Shown one piece after another: positions 55,981 to 63,487 of a stretch of 64,000 nucleotides of DNA. A model generated the notes under the pieces. It was not told where the DNA came from, did no database searches, and saw only the letters and a list, made by a program, of their open reading frames with translations. The DNA is taken from positions 112,182 to 176,181 of the IMG/VR virus record IMGVR_UViG_3300043449_002450; one strand, given 5' to 3'. The stretch is from a virus. Made by a program: the position numbers and the translations under genes. Numbering within the stretch: the first letter of the stretch is position 1; every line of letters starts with the position of its first letter.

Positions 55981-57465
55981 ATGATAGATGTGATAAGGCA
56001 CGCGATTAGAGAGATGTTGCTCCAGGAGCGCGTCTTTGGAGCCCAAGCATTTGTCTATCACGGCTCTAGCACAGGACCTGACGTGATGATTGACATCCTG
56101 ACAAACGACACTTTTAGTCCAGGTTTAGGATTCGGGGGCGTGTATGGCAAAGGTCTCTATAACGTATACGACTATGAAGGGACACCGACAAGCAAGGGAG
56201 AATACGGTGAGTATGTCTACAAGCTAAGTGTCAATCTATACGGCTACATCTCCTTTGATGAGAATGTCACTGTCCTAATCTACGGCAAGAACCTAAGACC
56301 ATCAGAGCAAGCAGAATTGACAGGCGCGTCAAAGTATGTGGTCGAAGTTTTGCAAAAGTATGATGAGCCCAAAGAGGGAGAATTCACCTCAAAGCGCGCG
56401 TGGCCCGCATCAAAACTAATTAGAGGTCTTGTCAAGGGTCTCATCTTCACGGGCGGCAACGACGGTCGTGTCGCTCTCGCGTACGATCCTTCAACCGTCA
56501 CGCCTGTGGCATGGAAAAAAGTTACTGATGCCGATTGGACACCCGTAAATAGAGAGATAGTCAAGGGCTCGTTAAAAAAGAATCTACACGGTGGTTACGT
56601 CGCATCTAAATTTGAGAAACCTGAGGAAGATGATTTCATCCTGATTAACAAGGTTTCGCGTCTGCCACCTCACATGCGTGTCGTCAATAGAAGTTTGAAC
56701 CTGGCGAACACGGGCTTGGAGCGCTTACCAGATAATCTAACAGTTGAGGGTAATCTATCAATAGGGTCTAATCCGATAGATCATCTACCTTCTGGCCTGA
56801 CTGTGAATGGTAGCCTAACATTTCAGAAAACAGGCATCACCGAACTGCCACCGGATCTCAACGTAAGAGAGTTGACGATCGAAAATTCACCAATCCAAGA
56901 GCTGCCTCCCGGATTGTCTCTTCGCGATCTAAAGCTTATAGGATCTGCAATTACCAGTCTGCCTGATGACATTAGAATCAGAGGCGCACTTGTGATAAAG
57001 AACACAAATATCGCAGAGCTGCCACAACGCCTAGCAGACACACTTTGGTATCTAGAGTTAGACACAGTTCGAGGCATCACCCTGCCAAGAAGCATGAATG
57101 TCCCGGGCTCGTTTATAGTGCTCAATGCGCATAATGAAGGAGATGTCATCCTGCCTGACGCTTTAAGCACAGGGCATCTTAAATTGCACGGTAACGGAAT
57201 TACGCAGTTACCCAATAATCTCAGTGTAGACAAGACTATGGAGGTTCGCCACACGAGCATCAGATCTTTGCCGTCAAACCTTCATGCTGGCGGCTATCTG
57301 GATGTTGGCAATAACCCACAACTTACAGAGCTTCCACCGGGTCTTAGGGTAGATGGTCGGCTCAACGTTCACGGCACAGGCATCACCAGCATTCCTGCCG
57401 ACGCGCAGATTCGTGGTGAGATCACTGGTCTTAAGCGACAAGCGCGGGCTGTGGATGCATTTTAG
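55981..57465 (+). CDS. Tagged protein: ADP-ribosyltransferase-like (H-Y type) domain plus leucine-rich repeats
   Basis: IRHAIREMLLQE tag; VYHGS..YGKGLY..YG.YVYK; about 11 LPxxLxVxGxLxL repeats; ATACTTA 55953. Confidence 0.7.
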   Translation: MIDVIRHAIREMLLQERVFGAQAFVYHGSSTGPDVMIDILTNDTFSPGLGFGGVYGKGLYNVYDYEGTPTSKGEYGEYVYKLSVNLYGYISFDENVTVLIYGKNLRPSEQAELTGASKYVVEVLQKYDEPKEGEFTSKRAWPASKLIRGLVKGLIFTGGNDGRVALAYDPSTVTPVAWKKVTDADWTPVNREIVKGSLKKNLHGGYVASKFEKPEEDDFILINKVSRLPPHMRVVNRSLNLANTGLERLPDNLTVEGNLSIGSNPIDHLPSGLTVNGSLTFQKTGITELPPDLNVRELTIENSPIQELPPGLSLRDLKLIGSAITSLPDDIRIRGALVIKNTNIAELPQRLADTLWYLELDTVRGITLPRSMNVPGSFIVLNAHNEGDVILPDALSTGHLKLHGNGITQLPNNLSVDKTMEVRHTSIRSLPSNLHAGGYLDVGNNPQLTELPPGLRVDGRLNVHGTGITSIPADAQIRGEITGLKRQARAVDAF

Positions 57466-57509
57466 CTTTAATTCCAGCGCTGTAAGATTATCCTTAGAAA
57501 GGAAACAAC

Positions 57510-57827
57510 ATGATCACACGCAACGACAACGACGTCCAGCAGCTGTTAGATGAGAATCAACGAGTCATCATCATGTTCAGCGCATCATGGTGTGGCCCCT
57601 GCAAGACATTCAAGCCCAAGTTCCAAAACATCAGTCTTGAGAATCCAGACGTCGTCTTCGCTTATTGCGATATCGAGGAGACGAATGCACTGGCAACTGA
57701 GCTGGAGATCCAGTCGGTGCCTACCGTGGTCAGCTTCTTCGACGGGATCGAGGAGTCATCTGTCGTTGGACCGACGGTCGATAGGGTGAAGGAGCTGGTC
57801 GAAAAGCTGCGATCGAAGAATAGTTAG
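57510..57827 (+). CDS. trxA: Thioredoxin
   Basis: FSASWCGPCK, IQSVPT. Confidence 0.93.
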   Translation: MITRNDNDVQQLLDENQRVIIMFSASWCGPCKTFKPKFQNISLENPDVVFAYCDIEETNALATELEIQSVPTVVSFFDGIEESSVVGPTVDRVKELVEKLRSKNS

Positions 57828-57831
57828 ATGT

Positions 57832-59751
57832 ATGCTCCTCACAGAATCGCAGCTCCGTAGCATCATCAGCGCTCTCATCCTTGAAGGCTACAAGGATAAC
57901 CAGCGTCTTCTTATCCAAAAGCATCCTAGTCATGAAAATGTTCTCGGGACGATGTCGCCGAAATGGATCGAGTGGCTAATCGTAAGATATGGCGATCCTC
58001 CAAGCATAGAAGAAGATCATGTTTTCGAGGACGCGATTGTTACTCTTGTAAAGTTTGCAGAGCGCGACAATAGCTTAAGCACAAAGTATCGTGCAAATGC
58101 CAAATTCAGAGCTGCTGTCGATGAGTTTATCAAACCAAATGAGCGTGGGTGGGCAGACTGGTCCAACCCAAGAGATGCCTTGAAAGTATCTGTCGATCAG
58201 ATGGAAACGATCATGGGTCTCGCCGAGCGCAAAAAGCAAAGCGTCGAGGTCGATCAAGAAGAGGACATCGAGGGAGACAGGATCGGCAAGGTGGGACCCT
58301 GGAACTTGTGGGTTCCCACGTCAATGGAGCGTAGCTGCAAGATCGCGCAGTATGATCCGATCACCCGCGCTCCGAAGACGACCTGGTGCACAGCGAGGAC
58401 TGCCGGGTCAAACCTGTTCTACCACTATGTTGGTAGCCAAAACCAAGATATCGTCCTGTTCTACGTCATAAAGGACGACCCTGAAGCAGATGAAGACTGG
58501 CTATCAGTCGGTTATCTCAATGGAAAACCTGTCTTAAAAGGTCAGCGAGGCGGTCTATCAGTCACGCGTAGCAATAAAGGCCTGACACCCGAGACACTAC
58601 AGGCCATTCTGGGGGACAACTTTGACCCTATCATGGGGATGCTTGCCGAGAAAGCGAAAGAGATGTCAGGCGTCCATCCTGCAAAAGAAAAAGTCAGGGC
58701 AGCCGCGCGGGACCCCGAACTCTTCAAGAAGATGTTAAAGGGCCACTCGGAAGAAGAAAATAAAGCGATGAAGACCATGATCTCAGAGATGAAGGACATA
58801 TCACCCGAGGTCCTCACACTTCTCGCAGATGAGACAGACAGCCTCATCCTCTACAGGGTCACACATAATCCTCTGACACCCGCAGAAGCGCTTGAAAAGA
58901 TCGTGGACCGTGGGATAAAGACACACAACTGGACCGCGTCTTCGGAATTAGCCGCCCACCCCAATGCAACACCTGAGCTGTTGAGAAAACTTGCAGATTA
59001 TCTGCCCGAAAACTACCTCAGCACGGTCGCGGCAAATCCACGAACTCCCGTCGACGTGCTGCTAAATCTATCCAACGTCAACTCTTATTACATCTCAGCA
59101 GGACTTGTCAGGAACCCTTCCCTGCCCCCTGAGGGGATTGAGAACATCATCAACCAGGGACTGAATACGGTAAAAAATATTCCCGCCACCAGTATCGTTG
59201 AAAATCCTAACATAACACCCGACCAGCTCGTCAGGTTGATGGACATGTCAGCGCAGATAAAAGAATATGCTCTGAAAAGTCCCAAGCTACCGATGGATGT
59301 TCTCCTAGCACAGCTTGATCAACCGATATCCTGGGCCACGCGGCAGGCTTACCTAAATCCCAACGTTCCAGTTGAGCGCCTTGTCCAATTCATGGAAGAT
59401 CCCAAGAATGCTAGCTGGCAAAACGCGATGCTTCAAAATCCTGCCATGCCCGCAGACATCCTCCGCAAGTGGTATAATACGCCACACGAGGAGGGCGATG
59501 ATAGAATGTATTACATGCTTCGAAATCCGCGCCTGCCCGAGGACATCATGCTGGGTGTCGCGAAGAAGGGGAACAAAGATGAAAGGCAGACACTTGCTGG
59601 AAACCCGGGTGTTACAGATGCAGTCCTCCAGATCCTCGTCAGGGATCGCAGTGCCGGTGTAAGGGACTTCGCTATGCATGTGCTGCAGAAGCGTCAGGCT
59701 GCCGCCGTGAACGAAGCAGTTGCAAGAATAATCAGAAGATTGATTCGATAA
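57832..59751 (+). CDS. Tagged protein with a WCTA-motif domain and LRV/HEAT-like repeats
   Basis: LTESQLRSIISALILEG tag; SC...TTWCTA..FYHY; about 11 (A/L)xNPxxPxxxL repeats; ATAGTTA 57820. Confidence 0.78.
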   Translation: MLLTESQLRSIISALILEGYKDNQRLLIQKHPSHENVLGTMSPKWIEWLIVRYGDPPSIEEDHVFEDAIVTLVKFAERDNSLSTKYRANAKFRAAVDEFIKPNERGWADWSNPRDALKVSVDQMETIMGLAERKKQSVEVDQEEDIEGDRIGKVGPWNLWVPTSMERSCKIAQYDPITRAPKTTWCTARTAGSNLFYHYVGSQNQDIVLFYVIKDDPEADEDWLSVGYLNGKPVLKGQRGGLSVTRSNKGLTPETLQAILGDNFDPIMGMLAEKAKEMSGVHPAKEKVRAAARDPELFKKMLKGHSEEENKAMKTMISEMKDISPEVLTLLADETDSLILYRVTHNPLTPAEALEKIVDRGIKTHNWTASSELAAHPNATPELLRKLADYLPENYLSTVAANPRTPVDVLLNLSNVNSYYISAGLVRNPSLPPEGIENIINQGLNTVKNIPATSIVENPNITPDQLVRLMDMSAQIKEYALKSPKLPMDVLLAQLDQPISWATRQAYLNPNVPVERLVQFMEDPKNASWQNAMLQNPAMPADILRKWYNTPHEEGDDRMYYMLRNPRLPEDIMLGVAKKGNKDERQTLAGNPGVTDAVLQILVRDRSAGVRDFAMHVLQKRQAAAVNEAVARIIRRLIR

Positions 59752-59767
59752 AAAGCTTTCGAGCCCG

Positions 59768-59795
59768 TGTAAAGGGCACCAGGGCATACTATAAT
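59768..59795 (+). promoter_or_regulatory. Promoter of tRNA cluster 3, TGTAA-N17-TATAAT
   Basis: TGTAA 59768-59772, TATAAT 59790-59795. Confidence 0.65.
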
Positions 59796-59862
59796 AATAA
59801 CATAAGCTGGAACGGTTGCGAGGCCACTAAGATCTGCTCAACAAGATGACCACTACCAACAC

Positions 59863-59938
59863 AGGCGGGTAGCTCAGCGGTCAGAGCAGTTGGCTTATAT
59901 CCAATCGGTCGTGGGTTCAATCCCCACCCCGCCTACCA
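59863..59938 (+). tRNA. tRNA-Ile(UAU)
   Basis: AGGCGGG/CCCGCCT, GTTGG CT-TAT-AT CCAAT, A73, CCA. Confidence 0.88.
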
Positions 59939-59944
59939 TCTTCT

Positions 59945-60021
59945 CTCACCATAGCTCAGCTGGATAGAGCAGCAGCCTTCTAAGCTGCGGGTCATTGGTT
60001 CGAATCCAATTGGTGAGGCCA
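59945..60021 (+). tRNA. tRNA-Arg(UCU)
   Basis: CTCACCA/TGGTGAG, GCAGC CT-TCT-AA GCTGC, CCA. Confidence 0.93.
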
Positions 60022-60025
60022 CTTC

Positions 60026-60117
60026 GGGAGAGCTGCTAGGGCGGTGGTCTAGCAACGGGCTGTAAACCCGTTCCCATAGGGTAAACACTGTCGGTTCGAA
60101 TCCGACCTCTCCCACCA
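60026..60117 (+). tRNA. tRNA-Tyr(GUA), atypical D arm
   Basis: GGGAGAG/CTCTCCC, ACGGG CT-GTA-AA CCCGT, long variable arm, CCA; C at position 8. Confidence 0.88.
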
Positions 60118-60121
60118 CATT

Positions 60122-60197
60122 GGACCGGTAGCTCAGTCGGTAGAGCGTCGGACTCTTAATCCGCAGGTCGTGGGATCGTCCCCCACCCGGTCCACCA
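60122..60197 (+). tRNA. tRNA-Lys(CUU), atypical T loop
   Basis: GGACCGG/CCGGTCC, CT-CTT-AA, T loop ATCGTCC, CCA. Confidence 0.87.
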
Positions 60198-60217
60198 CCG
60201 ATAAGACAGGAGCGACA

Positions 60218-60316
60218 ATGAGTTTTGAGACTAAGAAGAAGATTGAGTTGGCCATTGTCATCATCGGTGGCATCATCCTATTCACCATGCCGATCTTTGT
60301 TATGATGGCTGCGTAA
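60218..60316 (+). CDS. 32-aa single-pass membrane peptide (not in the ORF track)
   Basis: RBS AGGAG; KKK followed by a hydrophobic stretch; TAATG coupling. Confidence 0.6.
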   Translation: MSFETKKKIELAIVIIGGIILFTMPIFVMMAA

Positions 60317-60552
60317 TGCGTCAGATGAAGCTTATCAACCTCTACTTTAACGTGACTGAGGTTCGCGATGCGCTTCGAGACTGGTGTGAGGTAAATCATC
60401 CAGAGCTTGTTGTGCACTTCTCACGTGAGTGCTCCATGGACTGGACCACTGACAGGCCTCGCGATCCTGAGCTCTGCCTCTCTTTCGACGGCGAGGTCGA
60501 AGACGTCCCAGCGAAAAGCGGTGATGAGACAAGGATCTTCATGAAGAGATAG
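60316..60552 (+). CDS. Hypothetical protein
   Basis: Coupled ORF between tRNAs. Confidence 0.55.
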   Translation: MRQMKLINLYFNVTEVRDALRDWCEVNHPELVVHFSRECSMDWTTDRPRDPELCLSFDGEVEDVPAKSGDETRIFMKR

Positions 60553-60565
60553 TCAGAATCTTTAT

Positions 60566-60642
60566 AGGCTCGTAGCTCAGCTGGTTAGAGCGCCTCTCTG
60601 ATACGGAGGAGGTCGACGGTTCGAACCCGTCCGAGCCTACCA
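60566..60642 (+). tRNA. tRNA-Ile(GAU)
   Basis: AGGCTCG/CGAGCCT, CCTCT CT-GAT-AC GGAGG, CCA. Confidence 0.92.
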
Positions 60643-60646
60643 TTTT

Positions 60647-60700
60647 TGTCGGATAGCTCAATGGCAGTCGCCACCCTTATACGGGGTGGATTTTGCAGGC
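60647..60700 (+). pseudogene. Degenerate tRNA remnant (Ile-UAU-like 5' half)
   Basis: TAGCTCAATGGCAG D-arm start and hairpin CCACCC-TTATACG-GGGTGG; no T arm or acceptor 3' strand. Confidence 0.45.
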
Positions 60701-60735
60701 TTAGGTCTCTTTCACACATCGATATATTTAGTATC

Positions 60736-62289
60736 ATGAATCTTACAACGTTACGTCATCTCATCCGTGAGATGATCCTTATTGAGAAGACACAGCCCGC
60801 GGCTCCAACAGCCGCTGCGCCGGCAACGAGCACATCGGCGAATATTCCGTCATATCACACTGAGAACTTGCCGAAAGCGCAGGCGTATGCGAAAAGTCTG
60901 GTCGCACCTCTAGCACCAGTGGGTGGCTACGTCATCCAGGTAGCAGGCGGCAAGGTGACGTTTGCTTCGGGCACGATCCTTCCCAACGGGGCTCTTAAAG
61001 CTGCAGGCGCGACCCCCGCGGTCCTTGAAAAATTTGCGCTGACGCTAGATCAAAATCTCAGGAGCTCGATAAAGAAAGGCCATTGGGCCATATCAAATCC
61101 TGCGCAGTGGACGAAGAACGTGCTCGACTGGAAGGACAAGGAGGGCAAGCAGCTCCTCGCGACGACTGGGGCGGCAAAAAACCTGCAGGACTACCTTATC
61201 AGCGAAATGGATGCGATGCCCATCACCATCACGATCGCCGACCCGGCAATTGGCACCAAGAAGCGTGGTGAAGCGTTCCCAGATCTGGCTGCTGGCACTT
61301 ACGCGTTTTACGAGACTGAAGCTGCGACCTACGTTTTCAACCTTGTGTCGGATACGGGGTGGAAAACGATCAAGCCGCTTACCATTACTTATCCTCACAA
61401 CAAAGTCGCTAGTGATAGAGCGGTCGCAATGATTGCTGGTTCATTGAAGGAGATGCTCGCAAATCCGGTGGGGGTCGAGCACGTGCCACGTCACGAGTTC
61501 GGTCATGCTGACGAGAATCTCATCACTTACTTTTTGCAGCAGGTGATAGCCCGAAGAGTCGGGAAAGGAATGACCGCGGCGGCGTCAGAAGTAACGGTCA
61601 CGGACGTCGACTCGGATGCGGTGACGCAGGCGCGACTTGGAAACTTTAAGAGCGCGGTCAAGAGACACTCAGCAGATCTCATAAACGCGCGGGTTGGCAG
61701 CCAGGTCGCTCAGTCTATCGTTAAGAGACGTCCAGAGCTTGGAAACGCCAAGACTGCGTTCCAACACCCAGACTATCTGTATTATTTAACAGCATACGCT
61801 GGTGTGTTGACCTCTCTTGGTTTAGTCCAGTACACCGACCACCCACTTGCTGCGTTCGGCGTGGCGCGTCCGGCGCCTGGGAGAAACGTCGTTGTGATCA
61901 AATCCAGCATGGTGATGGAGAATGAGAAGTCTGCTAAAGTCTTCAACGTGAACGCCGCGGGACCGGACTTCCTGCACCAGTCTGTTAAAGTTACCGGTGA
62001 GAGTCCCCAGGCCATCGTCGATACTGTGAAAGCTTATTCGGGTGATGGGGGCACATGGCCGTGGGATCCTGGTCACATTCTCGATACGTTAAAGATGTTG
62101 CAGCAAAATTTGGACCCAGGCGATACTGATCTCGATGCCGCGATCAACAAGCTGGCAAGTGACCCTGTCGCCGATGAGGAGGCCCGCCGCGCGCGGGTCC
62201 TCGCTGACCTGGCTGGTCCCGATTTCTTCTCGGCGGTGCAGACTGTCGCCGCGGCGGACGAGCTACCGCAGAATAGCTCGTCCGCTTGA
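60736..62289 (+). CDS. Tagged protein with an HEXXH (zincin-like) motif
   Basis: MNLTTLRHLIREMILIE tag; ATATTTA 60724; HEFGH at 61492-61506. Confidence 0.72.
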   Translation: MNLTTLRHLIREMILIEKTQPAAPTAAAPATSTSANIPSYHTENLPKAQAYAKSLVAPLAPVGGYVIQVAGGKVTFASGTILPNGALKAAGATPAVLEKFALTLDQNLRSSIKKGHWAISNPAQWTKNVLDWKDKEGKQLLATTGAAKNLQDYLISEMDAMPITITIADPAIGTKKRGEAFPDLAAGTYAFYETEAATYVFNLVSDTGWKTIKPLTITYPHNKVASDRAVAMIAGSLKEMLANPVGVEHVPRHEFGHADENLITYFLQQVIARRVGKGMTAAASEVTVTDVDSDAVTQARLGNFKSAVKRHSADLINARVGSQVAQSIVKRRPELGNAKTAFQHPDYLYYLTAYAGVLTSLGLVQYTDHPLAAFGVARPAPGRNVVVIKSSMVMENEKSAKVFNVNAAGPDFLHQSVKVTGESPQAIVDTVKAYSGDGGTWPWDPGHILDTLKMLQQNLDPGDTDLDAAINKLASDPVADEEARRARVLADLAGPDFFSAVQTVAAADELPQNSSSA

Positions 62290-62401
62290 ACATTTTGAAT
62301 TAGCGGGCGATAATAGCCATGTAATCTGCGGGACGAGTGTGCATAGTCAGTGGTGTGACCGCGCGGAGACCACGCTCTCCATTTGCATAATAGTTAGATC
62401 T

Positions 62402-63487
62402 ATGAAAGAAATGCTGCTTCGAAAACTGATCCGTGAAACTCTTCTGCTCGAAGCAAAGTTTCAGTATCCAGGTGGTGACTCCATCCACGGAGTTTTTGCC
62501 TTTTGGCGCTTCTTTCTCCGGAGTGACTTCGAAGAGATCAATGGTCGGTGGCCGACATATGGAGAATATGTCGATATCTTTCAGGGCGCGATTCCAGGAT
62601 TTGTCTACACCTACGGCAACAACGAGACACCTGACACACCGTTCGAGAGTGTCTTTGCACGCGAGCCAGGTGGCAAGTTCCTGGATAGAATCTATAAGCA
62701 GCTTGTGGCATTCATTGGAGACGATGACAGAAAGGACCTCAAGGTCTGCAGGGCGATCGAGCGTGTCGGAAATGCTCTGAGCCGTGAGGCAAAGGAGACA
62801 CGCAAGCGCAAGCGAGATGCTGAGGCGGCGGCTGAGCAGCTGAGAGCAGCGGAATACGCTGCTAGTTATGAGCCTACCGCGCCCGAAGGTGCACCTCTAG
62901 GAAAATACGCATTCTCACCCCAGCGGCAAGGTTCAATGCGCCCGCCACCTCCAGAGAGAAACCTGCCAGTGGAATCAGCGCTCCTCCGCTCCATCATCAG
63001 CCACTTCGAGGGACAAAGGCCTCTCACCAGACAGCAGTCCGATCTCGTCATGAGCTTTATTAGAGACGGCCTCTACACTGACGTCTTCAGAGAGCCACCG
63101 CCCGGGACCTTCTACCGCGGAATGCTCCTCGCGATCGAGGATCTCACAGCGATGGGCATTAGGATTCCTAGAATGGAGATAGGCGAAACGCTGGATATCG
63201 AGGACAATTTTACGATGATGCCACAAGGCAACAGGTTCTCTTCCTCCTGGTCATCAGACATCGAAGTCGCCAATAGATTCTCGCGTGGTAACCTGGGTCA
63301 ATCCGCTCGTGATGTCTACTCGGTCGTCTTTGCAGCAGGATCACAAGAAAATCCGGGTAAGTTCATTGACGCTGATGGGTTGTATGACTTAGACATGGAA
63401 GAAGGCGATTATTTTGCTGCAGAGAAAGAAGTCATTGGACTTGGACCCATCAATGCAAACGGGGTCAGAATTGTGAGGCTAGCATGA
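62402..63487 (+). CDS. Tagged protein with a C-terminal R-S-E ADP-ribosyltransferase-like domain
   Basis: LLRKLIRETLLLEA tag; ATAGTTA 62390; FYRG..SSWSS..VA..F..EKEV. Confidence 0.75.
   Translation: MKEMLLRKLIRETLLLEAKFQYPGGDSIHGVFAFWRFFLRSDFEEINGRWPTYGEYVDIFQGAIPGFVYTYGNNETPDTPFESVFAREPGGKFLDRIYKQLVAFIGDDDRKDLKVCRAIERVGNALSREAKETRKRKRDAEAAAEQLRAAEYAASYEPTAPEGAPLGKYAFSPQRQGSMRPPPPERNLPVESALLRSIISHFEGQRPLTRQQSDLVMSFIRDGLYTDVFREPPPGTFYRGMLLAIEDLTAMGIRIPRMEIGETLDIEDNFTMMPQGNRFSSSWSSDIEVANRFSRGNLGQSARDVYSVVFAAGSQENPGKFIDADGLYDLDMEEGDYFAAEKEVIGLGPINANGVRIVRLA

Noticed and set aside
59806-59858. Leader before tRNA cluster 3 with GGAACGGT and a terminal ACCA, possibly another tRNA or ncRNA
   Set aside because: No acceptor, anticodon or T stem can be formed
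60646-62401. ORF-track starts at 60646 and 62135 (also 37768, 46409, 54262 and 55401)
   Set aside because: They extend into tRNA remnants or upstream genes; downstream starts fit the RBS, the late motif and the tag position
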